64,000 nucleotides of DNA from Mytilus edulis (lineage: Eukaryota), in the NCBI RefSeq assembly GCF_963676685.1, contig NC_092349.1:75842473-75906472 (forward strand). Reading direction: 5' to 3'. The position numbers and the translations under genes are program-made. Positions 48,446 to 62,264 of this stretch are shown piece by piece. The notes beneath the pieces are model-generated. The model was not told where the DNA came from and did no database searches. It saw only the letters and a program-made list of their open reading frames with translations. Within the stretch, counting starts at the first letter, position 1, and each line of letters begins with the position of its first letter.

Positions 48446-50584
48446 AAATTCAAGAAAATGAGTTATAATTTTTCTGAAATTATTACAATTGAAAACTCTA
48501 TTTTGACGTTTGCATTGTTTACATACTTTTTTTTTTTTAATTTATACTCCTGGATACTTAAAGATTCAAAAAGTTCCCGCCGAAATATTTTTTGTGCTTT
48601 CTGTCAAGTAGTAACAACATCTTATGAAACAAAACTGACTAAAGTTTTTGCTTGTGTTGTGGGAAAAACGTGATACAATCTTTTATGATAGTCAGCCTTT
48701 CTGACAGTTATCTTTATTTTCTAAACAATGCATTAAACATTTGACATTTTTTTTATTATTTGCACGTGAGTTTATAGGAGATTGATTCATAAAGAGTTAG
48801 ATTTAAATTATAGATTCTAATGTTATCAATACAAAAGAACCAATAATTTCTGTTAATTCAGGAACCACTTTGATATGTTTTTTCTGTCTACGAAAATATA
48901 ACATCAGCACTGTGTTGCATAATGAATTACCCTCGTAGCTGGTTTTTTAAAAGTGTACATCACATGTTTTAGATTATTTCGAGTAGACAGTATGTATTGC
49001 AATAATTCCTTGTACGATTTTCATTGTTTTCGTCTTTTTAAACATGTACACTACGAAAATGCTTGTTTAGAGTTGAATAAACAAATACAACATTTGTCTA
49101 ATCTACTCTATAAGTCATTTCGTTCTTTTTATTCAATAGATCTATTAGTCTCATGCAATGTGTTTGATTTTAAATCATTAAGAAATAAGCTTCTTTTATC
49201 TTTCCAATTTGATGCATTTATTATCATTTGCACGATCCATTCTAAATTTCTTTTGATTTGTAAGATTAAAGCAAATTTAAAAGTGTAAAAGACTTTCAAT
49301 TATTGCAAACATTTTCTAGTTGAAAAATAATCTTTGAACTCTAATATTATTACTTATTTCAAATCAGTTCAATTAAGGTCTTACGAAGGCGTCAATTTGC
49401 TATCAAAAAACAAAAATAATCAACTCGTTCATTTGAGAAAATATACATACACAGAAATAGAAAAAGAGATATGAAGCTGATGTGTTAACAATTAAATGAA
49501 ACACGTAACAACCACGTGATAAACGGGAAATGATTTCATTTGATTAGGGACTTTCCGTTTTGGATTTTCCTTTGAGTTCAGTATTTTTGTGATTTTACTT
49601 GTATTGTCAATAGTATTACGACTGTCACAATTGTTTAAGAAAAATACGACCATTTTTGTATACTTGTTTTTGTATTTCAGCAAAGGCAGTGTTCAAATCA
49701 AATTATATCAATCAGCAACACAGTTTAGTTTATTGTTGTTGATAATGAACATAAGCAGATCAAGAGAAAGGGGTCGTCAGTTATCAAAGCACGACAGAAA
49801 TCAAAAGTTCAAGAAAGCCAAATCTCTAATATAAGAGGATATCTTTACTATGATATTGTAAACGCATCACCCCTTTATTAGAGATTTTGTCACATGTTAT
49901 ATACAATAGCATATCCATTGTCAAATATTTCATTAAAAAAAACATTCAATAATTTTCACTATTTGTGCAATGTTTAAAAGACAAGCTTGGTACAATTATT
50001 GAATCCTCACTTCGAGATTGAAAGTCATTAATACCATTGCGAATACAATTCATATCTGCTGATTTTCATTTTGAATGGATTTTATTTTTTTAAAAGCAAT
50101 TGAATAACCATTCAGACAAGAACATGAGTAAATACATATTTACTGATTATAAACATGAAGATATGCTTTCAGTTCCGGTCAGTTTTAGCCTTTTGGTGCG
50201 CGTGCTTAAACACATTTGTTCTAAAACCAGTTGTTTGCATGATACGGGTTATGTTCTTCTCATTTTTTTTATGATGGCATGATACTAAACCCATATCCGG
50301 ATAGATGGTGTTTGATATTCATATGATAAAGACATAATCTTTCAATCAGTTTAATTGAGGTCTGAAGGTGGCATGTCATAACTTTAAGTAGTCCTTTGTT
50401 AATGTATGTATCAAAGGCATTTTGCTTAGTTTCTTTTGTTACCGATTCTGTTTTTTTATTTAAGAGATAGTGGTTTAGGGGCAAAAGTGAGCCATAACCC
50501 CTCCGCATGTTTTGTTAGTCTTGTATGATTTTAAATTTTAGTTCTTTTATAACTTATTGACATTTTCACTGAACTTGTGCACAC

Positions 50585-50738
50585 TTTTGTTAGGGGTCAG
50601 CTGAAGCCCACTTCCGGGTGCGGGAATATCTCGCTGTGTTGTAGACATACTATTGACCTTCAACTGTTTTAGTCAATTTTGTCGGGTTGTTGTCTCTTTG
50701 ACACGTTCCCCATTTCTATTCTCAATTGTATTGGTTGT
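50585..50738 (+). repeat. Family B copy
   Basis: TGTTAGGGGTCAGCTGAAGCCCACTTCCGGGTGCGGGAAT...GTCGGGTTGTTGTCTCTTTGACACGTTCCCCATTTCTATTCTCAATTGTAT. Confidence 0.8.
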
Positions 50739-52587
50739 TTTAACGTTACTTGTTATACTTTCGTGTGCTGCATGTGATCCTAGAAAAAAAAACATTATTT
50801 TTGTAGCAATACACAATATATCTACCTATCTTTGACATTTTTACCTTTTATGTCTATTTGTTCTGTTCACATATTGTAGTTGGTTTTTTTATGCGACTTT
50901 CTTTCAAGTGAGATGTTTTGCTAGCTATAAAACCATGTTTAATTCACCATTTTCTAAATAGATATAACCTGTTAATTCTTTTGCCAACTGATTTGGTATA
51001 TTTTTGAACTGTTTAAAGTTTGTTATTTTTAAATTTTACTTTTTACTGCAAAACCTGGCTGCGATTTCGTTAGATTCCTACCCAACGGACAATTGGTATA
51101 GAGAATAATAAAAAAAAAAAAAATATCAAAGAAAAAAAAATATCAAAGAAAAACAGTAAAGAAAACAATGTATTGCATTCTATTACTTGCACGAACTGAC
51201 AAGATTGAATCACTAGACATCAAGACATTTGTTTAAACTAATCCGAAGAATTACATCAAGTTTCACTAAACAAGAAATCACATTTGCATAATCCACTTAA
51301 GGAATATTTGTTTTTCCAATATTTAAACAAAGTGGTTATAATAAATCAGACTGATTGACACCTTACATAATGTTTTGCAAATCTGATGCCATCAACTTGG
51401 AAAGTTTTTTAATCAAATTGATGCGAGACAACGCACGGTGACTGACAGTTTAGATTTCCGTCTGTCGGTTTCTCAAATTCATGTACGCTTTAATTCATTT
51501 AACGAATTATCAATGTCACTATTCATTTTTCAAATACAACGTTGACTATCTATTTTACAACAATGCTATTTTCCGATTCTCAAATACCAAAATGTTCTAC
51601 CTTTACAAAATTAATAGTGTTAGATTCAGTTATAAATATATACAATTCTTCATAGTTATATAAACAAATGGCATATTTTTGTTGTAAAAAAGAAGTATGA
51701 AGAAGAAAGACCGACAAATGGGCATTCATAAAATATCTTGGTCATTTCCTAACTACCAAATAAAGGTCGATGAATGGCATTTAACGAAAAAAAAAAAAAA
51801 AAACACATTATAAATTCCAAGCATCCGAAGCGCTTTTTCTAGATATACCTTCACCAGGAACGATCCAAGACGAATATTTGAAAGCCAGGGATGTATAAGA
51901 ACCTAAATACTTGAAGAACTGATTGGCCAAAAATAAATACCAAATCACTCTAATGTCAACTTTGCCTGAGGGAGTTAAAACCTTAGTTTTTTAATATTTT
52001 TGTACAATAAAAGGTACAAAAACTGCTCAAACAGATATATCTAGGGAAACGATACCAATGAACACTTCATAAGTTTTACGGTCACTATCACGATATGTAT
52101 ATGTGTCTCAACTCACTAGAGACATGTTTTCTGACTCTTAGATCTTTAGATACCAGATAAGGAAGTTGTCTGTGATTTTCCAAAAATGATGGTTTCTATT
52201 CCAAATTATGACATCGGTAAACTACTGTTGCCTTAACCTTACAGAATGTTTTTATTACAATTTTTTCATTACACAAATATCATATGCAATTGTTCTATAA
52301 CTGATTGGAATCAGTTATTTCGGAAAATCTATTTTTTAACAGTTTCAAAAGGTGTCTTCAAAACAAGCACATTTATATCAAACATATTTCCTAGTATAAT
52401 TTTTTGAATTAAGATATGAAGATTTGAAAAATGTGTACTTTGAAATGATGATAATGACACAGTACCCAATCAACCACCAATAACCAACATATAGATTTTA
52501 GATCAACCTATTTAAACTTATCCTTAGTCAGTCACAAGAAGCTACGAATGTGTTCAACTTTTAGACGGTATAATATATTTAGGACGT

Positions 52588-52645
52588 TACCCTTCCGGAG
52601 CACCTGATTTCACTCCCGGTTTTTAGTGGAGTTCGTGTTGTTTCT
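52588..52645 (+). repeat. Family A 5' fragment
   Basis: CCCTTCCGGAGCACCTGATTTCACTCCCGGTTTTTAGTGGAGTTCGTGTTGTTTCTTATT. Confidence 0.7.
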
Positions 52646-54180
52646 TATTTATTATTTATAACTGTTGATGTTAATGTCATTTGTTTTTTTTTTTAGTCTT
52701 TGTTTACTCCTTTTGATTGTTATTGTCTTACACTTACTCCTTTATATACACAACCATAGAAAGACACCGATACTGGTCATGGTCGGGATTCCTACTTTTT
52801 ATGAGTACTTAACACTCTGCTTAATGGTTTGTTGTTGTATGGTATGAGAGAACACAATACACTTTTAAATCCATTACAAGTTAGAATAGAAGAACATCGA
52901 AGATCTTTAAATGAAAAGTATTACTTAGATTTTGTTTAACTGCACCTCAACATGAAATCCAATGTTAGAACAAATAAAAAACGAGATACCAAAAGATTGC
53001 CTTGATTGTACTAAAACAATCAAAGCCATCTATCATATTTAGGATGAATGGGCTGTCTTAATTGAATTCCATAGATTTTTTAAAAATTTGACAAAATGAA
53101 ATTTTTTTTAAGCTTTGTTCAAAAATATAATGGGTCACGGGACTTTTTGTCACGCTCCTGGTTGTGCAAAATTGTCAGATTTTGTATCAATTATGCATGG
53201 AAAATCCGATTTTGTGTGAAAAAATGAAAACTTTACCATATAATTTGAAGATAAATGTGAGAGGATAACTCGTATAACATATTTTCAGATAAGAAGATCA
53301 TCAGACTTGTTTTCTTGCTACATACTAAAATAGGTAAATTCAAAACCCTTTCCATTATAAAATTACTTTATCTGAGTTATCTCCCCTACTATCTGAGTTA
53401 CCTCTCCTTATTTGGCAAAGTTGAAAAAATGAATCAAACACACATATTGTGTCTGGTACTTTAAAATCCAAAATGGTCAAATAGCTCTTCAACTGTTTCG
53501 GTTCTTAACATCCTCGGCTTTCAAATGTCGACTTTGGGTGTTCCTAATAAAAGGATGTCATGAAAAGCACTTCGGATGCATTAATTATTTAAGGTGTTCT
53601 TTCTCTTTTTTTTAATGAGCACGTTGCTTAACAAAATATAGGATTTGTATATTTGATCAGTATTTCATCTACTGAGTAGATGTAACTGCGGGAGAGAGTT
53701 TCGCCCAAAATATTATCACCAGGCACTTTTATGTTTATATGATATATCAATGAAACGGTGATTTTTCGAAACATTGAGAATTTAATATCTCAAGCATGCA
53801 TTGCCTCTGATATATTTTACACAATTTCACGGTATTTGGTTTTCAATATTCATCATCTTCATATCAGATTTGACCTCCCAAAGCTGTTTTGATTCGGGTG
53901 TCGCTACTGGTTTGTATATAGACGAAACGTCTGACGTACGTAACAAGTTATAAGCGTTTGATTATAACAACATAACTTACGATAAAAATTCATAATTTTT
54001 TCCGAAATGTTTCTGACTTACGTGAATTTTCAATCTGAAGCAATTTTGTGAAAAGAGTCCCTGATATCTGTGATGACGCCTTTTAAAACCTATTTTTCAA
54101 CTAACGAATACAACTTTATATGTTTGGTGACCAATCTTTTATATATTCATGAAATAAATTCGAGATTCATTATACAGCTA

Positions 54181-54298
54181 CTGTTGTTCCTTTGCTTTCC
54201 TCTTATAGTTGACGTGCTTCCCTCGGTTTAAATTTGTAACCCGGATTAGTTTTATCTCAATCAATTTATGATTTTTGAAAACCGGTAAACTACACTGC
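54181..54298 (+). repeat. Family G 3'-portion copy
   Basis: CCTCTTATAGTTGACGTGCTTCCCTCGGTTTAAATTTGTAACCCGGATTAGTTTTATCTCAATCAATTTATGATTTTTGAAAACCGGTAAACTACACTGC. Confidence 0.7.
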
Positions 54299-57200
54299 AT
54301 TTCTTTCTTTCTTTTTTTAGCAAAGATTAAAATTTAATATTGCATGGTTTACAATATTTTGAAAGTCAGCGAGAATGGCAAATACCATTGATATAACTGA
54401 ATATTAAAAAAAATCTTCTTATTTCTCTCTTTTATTTTGTGACATTGAGTTTAGGATGACGATTTGTAGATTGCTTAGAAAAAAATAATCATTTATCATT
54501 TGTGATGTATTTGCATAAATTTCATCACAAAAACTACAAAAATACTGTCAAAAGATAATCAATCACACAAATTAGACGCTTTGACATTTTACATAATGTT
54601 AAAATCGATCTTTCCATTTTAGGTTGATAACTGATTTCAAGCATTTTCAAAAGCTGTTTATCTATGTTGATGACATAGTTCTCCGCACACCATTATAGTA
54701 TTTGTTGTTGACAATTTCAATTTACAAGTATTTTACAGAATTTTATGTATTGCCGCTAATTCCATAATCAATTTCTTTCGTATGAAATGATAAACATACG
54801 TCTTGTGAATTATAAGCTATCTTCATGATTTTTTAAAAATATTTTTCTTATATTTCTACCAATAATCGCTCATCTTTTCCTTTAATCTTTTCGTTCATAC
54901 TATGATGGTTCAACTAAATACTTTATAATCAATATACCATTGTTTATCTACTGAATCTGTTAAACACCATTTCGGAACAACAACAAAATATAATGACCTA
55001 GACATTAGCTGGTATATATATAGACAATTTCTTCACAATAAGGTTTCTTTTATCTTGATTCATGCGATAAAAGACAAAAGAAAAACAAAATCGATGTTGA
55101 ATATTTAATTGAAAATTTAACTTAATTAGGCGTCTTTTTTATTTTCTTCTTTTATTTGGGTTTTTTTATACATTCTTTTTATACAAATTCCAAGATTTCT
55201 CATTCTAACGTGTCAGTAAAATAAACTTACTACAGAGCACAAATTTAAAAATGATATTGATAAAAAAGACAAAATCTTTCTTGTTTTTTTATACAAATTT
55301 AAAAGTTTAGGTCTGAATAATAAAAGTAAGAGTGAATAATATATATTCCCAAAATGTTTAAGTAATACATTATCAACTCATTCCGTAATTATAACATATG
55401 TATAAAAATTACAAAATACATTTATGTGTATAACAATTTGCGCGAACAGAAGATCTAAAACAGTGAAAGTAATGCAGTAATGGCTATTTACAAAAATGCA
55501 TTGACCAAATGAGTCAAGAATAAATGTGTTCCCGGATGAGGTTGTAATCATCGTTATGACTCGAAGAGTTATATTATTTTAACTGTCCGTTAAGACAAAA
55601 CGGTATCAGGAGAATTAAAATTCTCGTTTCGGTGTCGGATTTTTGATGGAATATCCGAAGCAATTAACAAGTTTGATTTATAAATTTGTCTTCAATTACG
55701 ACACTTGCAGTGTGACTCACACCCATGTTAATAGCCCTCTGGAAGTAAATACATGACTTCAATAGGATGCGGTCAACACAACGTTTCAACGTTTTTCTCC
55801 TTGTTTTAAAGGGTATCATTGTCTTAGTGATGGCACTCATATATATAAACAATTTTAATTTTAGTTTTACTGTTCAAGGATTATTCAACATATACTAAGT
55901 GATTAAAAATTCTGGAATTGTCTATTACTGTTCGCTATCATTCGTCAATTATAAAATTTCCAAAATTGTCACTATGCTTTTACTTGGTGAATTGTATGAT
56001 CATACTTCGTCCTTATAGGTTTCAACCTACCAACCTTTGTTCTGTTATTCTAATAATGAATATTTTGAATCAAAATTTAAAATCTACATTACAGCTTTTC
56101 AGGTGTCAGACCACCAATTAAAAATCCCTATCTGTTCAACCAAATTTTGCAATTTTCACAGCTTTCTAAATATTTAACCTTAAGTTTAACTTCATAGAAA
56201 CAAGGTATACCCTTAATTGTACATGTATCAGCTTTCTACATGCCAATTTTCACCATACCTTTAAAGCCTTCTAACAAAATAACTGACCATCAAATAGAGG
56301 TACTCCAAAACAAAAACCTGGTTTTCTGGAAATCTAAAATTAGTATACTATGGAGCGCATGAATCATCAATTTTTAATGCAAACTCATAGACAAGTAAAT
56401 TTTGGTTCAAAATGATCTAGATATATTTCTCCTTCACCAAAAGTTTCATTTCTGCAAATTTATTGGTTAGTTTAAGTAAACAAGGACATCAACAGCACTA
56501 TTTTGTGTCAGAGTAGGGCTGCTTTTACATACGTTCTAAATTGGAGGGAGTAATTGGTGGTCTGACACCTTCACCAGTACGGATCCGATGTTTAAGGTCT
56601 ATTTTTTTCAAAAATGAAGAGGAAAGCAAAGAGATACAAGTACAAGAAAAATCTGTGAGGTAGAACAACATTCTTTTTTAGTTAGAATAATTCGATTAAA
56701 TAGGAAATCTAATCAATAACATTAAAAGATTATTTGTATCTCCATATTAGCGATTAAAATCTGCTGTCTGCCAAAATTATTCTTTTATTGGGAAAATAAG
56801 ATTTATCAGGCTTTTTTCGGTGTGTCGTGATAATTGGATAAGGTAAAAGTAGTTATAATAAAATCTATGTTAAAATGTCTGAATCTAATTCGTGTAGCTG
56901 TACAGAGACTGTGAATAATTTTAATGCAAGCAAATTAGAGCTAACATAACAATTTTATCCGATTTATATACCTTTAATATGCGCATTTTGACATTTACTG
57001 TCTTCACCGTGAAGCTCGAGACCAAAATATTTGAAAATCCCAAAGTGAAAGTATGTAACAAAAACTTATTCAAACAAAAAAATATTGGTCGGTTGATTTA
57101 GTATTGTTTGTGTTCGCTAAAACCGTCTGAATGTCTTATGAGCAGTATTTCATATCAACAAATTCTTCCGAAGGGAAGAAAATAATCTATATAGAGAAAT

Positions 57201-57342
57201 AACAGAAGAGTTTAAAAACATAAAAAAAATATTTTTTTATATCAGATTTTTTTTTCTGTTATACTTGAAAAATTGGTTGTGAAGATTTGTTTTAATTTGT
57301 CAAACATTCATATTTTTATTTTTCAAAATAACTGTAGAATGC

Positions 57343-57744
57343 ATTTCGTCTGGCGTACTAAATTATAATCCTGGTACTTTTGATAACTATTTAAACTACT
57401 AGGTCGATGCCACTGCCGGTGGACGTTTCGTCCCCGAGGGTATCACTAGCCCAGTAGTCAACATTTCGGTGTTGACATGAATATCAATCATTTGGTCATT
57501 TTTATAAATTTCCTGTTTACAAAACTTTGAATTTTTCGAAAAACTAAGGATTTTCTTATTTCAGGCATAGATTACCTTACCGTATTTGGCACAACTTTTT
57601 GGAATTTTGTATCCTCAATGCTCTTCAACTTTGTACTTGTTTGGCTTTATAAATATTCGATTTGAGCGTCACTGATGAGTCTTATGTAGAAGAAACGCGC
57701 GTCTGGCGTACTAAATTATAATCCAGGTACTTTTGATAACTATC
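57343..57744 (+). repeat. Family J element, copy 1, bounded by a direct duplication of about 50 bp
   Basis: CGTCTGGCGTACTAAATTATAATCC(T/A)GGTACTTTTGATAACTAT occurs at 57346-57395 and again at 57698-57744. The core between them (CCCCGAGGGTATCACTAGCCCAGTAGTCAACATTTCGGTGTTGACATGAATATCAAT...GAAACGCGCGTCTGGCGTA) matches the reverse complement of 61972-62264. Confidence 0.7.
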
Positions 57745-60220
57745 ATTATAGTTTTCACATGAATTGGATTTGTAATTTAATATAGATAATCTATAATATA
57801 CATCAGTGTAATAAAAAAAACATGTACATTTATTGCAAACGTTCTTTAACAGTGTAAAGTATGTACCAATTCACGTAAGTCGAGTCTCACGTCAAAACAT
57901 ATTACATTGAAAATGTCCACTTGGATTTTACCCACATGATATGTACTTACTTACAAGCAAACTTTCCGTCATACAGTTGTTCGCAATTGCATCTTGATGT
58001 TCTTAATATTTTCATCAGTTTTACAATGTACCATATTTTCTTTAATTATATTACGAATACAGATAAAATTAGTTTGTCGTTAATTTATGTTTTAAGTTTT
58101 AATATAATGGTTCTTTACAAGAGGTTAAAAATTGAAATTCAAAATTGTATCTTTATAATTGTTAATCGTTGATTCACCACTTGCTTATTAAGTTGTCTTG
58201 TCTTTTTCTCTGTTACTTTGTATTCGAGCTTAAATGTACAAATAAATCACATAGTGTTATTCATATCCCTAGTTCGCATCTCTCCTCTTAAAAGTATGAT
58301 TTCTGATTACACCTTGATAGTCGACTACCTGTTCATTTCAATACAAGTATTGGGTATTCAATGTAATGCACTGACATAAAGTAACTTGTGCTTCATAACC
58401 TATCCAAGGTTGAATACACCTTATCGCTAATCCCGGCTGACCCGGCCGCTTGAACTTTTGACGTCAACAGCAATCACTTTTCCATTGTGGCGTCAGATAT
58501 TTTGTTTTATGACGTCAAAATTTTACGGGAACCTGTGCGATTTCCAGCAATGGCGGACAAATAGCGATAAAGTGTATTATAATAAGGTTCTTCTTTGTAG
58601 TTTATTGCTTTTTGATTGTATTCTGTTTTCTATAGTGATTGTACGTACTGTCAATAAAAAGTCGCTTACAATTGATGAAAGAAGTTGATCTATATTGTAT
58701 GGCCATGTCTTGGTAATCAAAACAGACGATCTCCAACAATGAATGATCCATTATTCGATATGTGCGATGTCCAAAATTCGTTATCGGAATAATAATTAAC
58801 ACAATGTATAGTACGGTGAAATTGGGAATGGTATAAAATTCATAACTTATATTGTCTTCCGATGTTAGTTAGTGCTAAGCTAGTATTATAGTGCAGACTC
58901 TGCTGGAATATTTTCAATAAATAACTAACTAACTTGAATAAATACATGTAAATTATTAGAAAAAAAATCGCACATTGTATAAGTACAACGATTAATGTCC
59001 CACTGGCAGTAAATTGTGATAATATTGGATTATGTTTACTGTCAATCATTTCTCAATATATAATGCTCACTGATCAAATTTATATCAGTATGCAGCAGCG
59101 AGTTAATTAATTGTTCCATGGAGATATGTGCTATACAGTAGTTTTAAATTAATTTTCTATATTACAACACGGAAACGGAGAATGTCAACTATATTGGCCT
59201 TTTTTAATAAAGCGTGTTGATGGAAAATTTACACAATTAACTGTAATAAGTTGTTCCAGATTTGGTGGGAAATAAAAGTTGAGTTTCTTAGTATAAACAA
59301 TGGTTGGTTCTGAAGATTTTAGCGTCTAAAATACTAACATGAGCGGGTTCTTTTACGCCAAGGACAAAACCAAATACGTTCCCAAGCCAAATGACAGAAT
59401 ACTAATAGTAGATTATGAAAGAAATTCATAATATACTTTCAAATTCTAGGTAATTAAAACAAGCGTTAAAACGTAAAATATTAGCTTGGTATAAAATGGT
59501 GTGTGCCATTACGAAAGAGCAAAACAATTGAATGCATATTAGCATATACATATATCTCAAAATTTTCCATGTGACTTTTATCTAACTCTTTAGATTTTAT
59601 CCTTTTGGTATGATAAAACGCCCATCAATCAATTAGGTTATTTCACATAAATAAGTAGAGTTTGATTGATGACGAAGTATTTAGAGAGATGACACCTTAT
59701 CTTTGTTGTGCAAGTGGTCCTTCTAATAGTTTCAGACAATCATAAGTAGATTATTTAGATCACTTTGTCACTTAGGATGCTTAAAAGCACATGATTTATG
59801 ACTTTTTGATAACTAGATAAAATGATAAGTAAACGTAGTAATTCCCATTTCGTACGCTATGTCGAACGTAAAATACTATTTGAAGCATTAGATTAATAGC
59901 AATTCGCAATAGTAGTAGCTTATGTGCCAATGTAACACTGGGGTCAGCACTTCTATCTAAAAATGAAGTACAAACTATTTTTTGTCAAGTGACATTTACT
60001 TGATATATCAAGATGAAGAGCGTGACAGATAATTAATGTTGTTTTAATCGTTCTTATGTATTTTTCATTGCATGTATGTTAAGCAAACGACAATGAATGA
60101 ACTGACCAATAGTTTCTTTTTGTTTGAGCACTGATTTAGTGTATCATTAGTCATGTTTTTCAGTAACAATAGTTGGCCAACTTACTTAATATGTAAGTTT
60201 TAAGACCAGTTAAATCTACC

Positions 60221-60452
60221 ATGTTTTTCTTAAAATGACCTGTACTAAGTCAGGAATATGGCAGTTTTATCAGATAGTTCGTTTCTATGTATGTTGTCAT
60301 CTGTTTTTGTTGCACTTCAGTGTTGAGTGCCCCTTTGGAATTCCTCTTAAAGTTGGTGTGTTCCCTCGGTTTTAGTTTGTATTCCGTATTTGTTATTTCT
60401 CAATCACTTTAGGACTTTTGAACAGCAGTATACTACTGTTGCCTTTATTTAC
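60221..60452 (+). repeat. Family G copy
   Basis: TTCTTAAAATGACCTGTACTAAGTCAGGAATATGGCAGTTTTATC...TTGCACTTCAGTGTTGAGTG...CAGCAGTATACTACTGTTGCCTTTATTTAC. Confidence 0.8.
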
Positions 60453-60549
60453 GGAACCAATCACGAGTTCAGTCGTACCACAATTTCTAACTGTTATTAC
60501 GGAATGCAACCTTCCGATTTAGACTAGCTACTTAGCGGGTTTGTACTCA

Positions 60550-60718
60550 CATGAGCAAAACGACATGTGTAACATGTGTAACAGCTTACCCTTCCGGACA
60601 CTGTTCTTTGTTCTGTTTTGTATGCTGTTGTTTCTCTTATTATCTTTTTTGTTTTTATTCCATAGCGTTGTCAGTTGAATCAGTTTGAATGTACCTTTGG
60701 GCATCTCGCCTCTCTTTT
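60550..60718 (+). repeat. Family A copy, diverged with an internal deletion; forms an inverted pair with 60895..61160
   Basis: CTTACCCTTCCGGACACTG...CATAGCGTTGTCAGTTGAATCAGTTTGAATGTACCTTTGGGCATCTCGCCTCTCTTTT. Confidence 0.6.
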
Positions 60719-60894
60719 GTAATTCAGGTTTATAAAAGCTTAACTTTCGCACAGGCTTGCGATCCTTATCAACGCAAGACTCATACAAGGACCCCATTTC
60801 GATGTATTTAATACGCTATTCAGAATAAGCATTCCGTATAGCATGCAATTTCCCATTTAATCCACAAATGTTTGATTCACTAACGGAGTCGCAA

Positions 60895-61160
60895 TAATAA
60901 GAGAGATGCAAAAGATACCAAACGGACATTAAAACTCATGGGTCGAATATAATCTGAAAAATTCATGGATGAAAAAGAAAAATGCTAACAAACTACCAGA
61001 CAAACAAACAAACAAAAAAATAACTGTACACAAACATTACACAGAAATTTGAAAACTGAGCAACACGAACCCTACTAAAAACTGGAGTTGATCGCTTGTT
61101 CTACGGAGGTGTAAGCAGATTCTGCTCCTCATTTGGCGTCCGTCGTGTTGTGTTGCTCAT
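60895..61160 (-). repeat. Family A copy, diverged
   Basis: AGAGAGATGCAAAAGATACCAAACGGACATTAAAACTCATGGGTCG...GCAACACGAACCCTACTAAAAACTGGAGTTGATCGC...GTAAGCAGATTCTGCTCCTCATTTGGCGTCCGTCGTGTTG. Confidence 0.6.
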
Positions 61161-61235
61161 GTAAGTATATTACATTTAAGAAATAAGGGACGGGGTTGTA
61201 GTTGGAGCATATTCGTCTTTATCCGTGATATATAT

Positions 61236-61503
61236 ACCGGTACCTGTACCGGTTAACCAACTCATAACGGAATCATGTACCGGTACCGGTTAACCAAGTC
61301 ATAACGGAATCCTGTACCTGTACCGGTTAACCAACTCATAACGGAATCCTGTACCTGTACCGGTTAACCAAGTCATAACGGAATCCTACAGGTACCTGTA
61401 CCGGTTAACCAACTCATAACGGAATCCTGTACCTGTACCGGTTAACCAAGTCATAACGGAATCCTACAGGTACCTGTACCGGTTAACCAACTCATAACGG
61501 AAT
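61236..61503. repeat. Minisatellite of about 6.5 units of roughly 40 bp (GTACCGGTTAACCAA(C/G)TCATAACGGAATCCTGTACCT), alternating two variants
   Basis: Direct reading 61236-61503. Units alternate AACTC and AAGTC, and every second unit has CTACAGGTACCT instead of CTGTACCT. It contains the ACCGGT/GGTACC palindromes. Confidence 0.85.
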
Positions 61504-61971
61504 CCGTAAAATTTACGAAGGATTGATTACTATTTCACTATTTGGACTTGACATGATTTGTAACAAACTTTTCTAAAATTGTCCGTTTCAAATTGTTAGA
61601 AACTAAGGTTTCAACAACCTCAGGCAAATTTGACCTAAGATGGAATTGGTTTTTTTAAGAATCTTTATGTTTATATAGCTCTTTAATTGTTTTGGTTCTT
61701 ATACATCCTTTTCTTTAAAATATTCATCTTTGGGCGTTCCTGGTTTGATATGTTCCAAATGGATTTACAAATTTAGAACATCAGTAAACTAGTGTTACCA
61801 GTGAATTTCAAATTCAGCCTTTCGATAGGACCTTAAATGTTACTTCTTTTTTCAAAGCCTCTTCCCAAGGAGGAGCGTTTTTTTATATTGATATACTGAG
61901 AATGGAAGAACGGATTCGTTTAGTTATTGCTGAATATACAAACGAAATTTAATGTATAAATAGTTTAAATT

Positions 61972-62264
61972 TAATACGCCAGACGCGCGTTTCGTCTACA
62001 TAAGACTTATCAGTGAAGCTCAGAACAAAAAAGTTATAAAGCAAAACAAGTACAAAGTTGAAGAGTTTTAATGACCCAAAATTCCAAAAAGTCCTGCCAA
62101 ATTAATATGGTTATAAGGTAATCTATTCCTGGGGAAAAGAAAATCCATAGTTTTTTTTTTTTAAAAGTTCAAGGACTTGTAACAGAAAATTTATAAAAAT
62201 GACCATATAATTGATATTCATGTCAACACCGAAGTGCTGACTACTGGGCTGGTGATTCCCTCGG
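61972..62264 (-). repeat. Family J copy 2 (inverted relative to copy 1)
   Basis: TAATACGCCAGACGCGCGTTTCGTCTACATAAGACTTATCAGTGAAGCTCAGAAC...ATTGATATTCATGTCAACACCGAAGTGCTGACTACTGGGCTGGTGATTCCCTCGG, followed by an (AT)n tract. Confidence 0.7.

Noticed and set aside
61236-61503. Possible CRISPR-like array (regular roughly 40-bp repeats)
   Set aside because: The units are directly adjacent with no unique spacers. The context is an intron-containing eukaryotic genome. It is a minisatellite.
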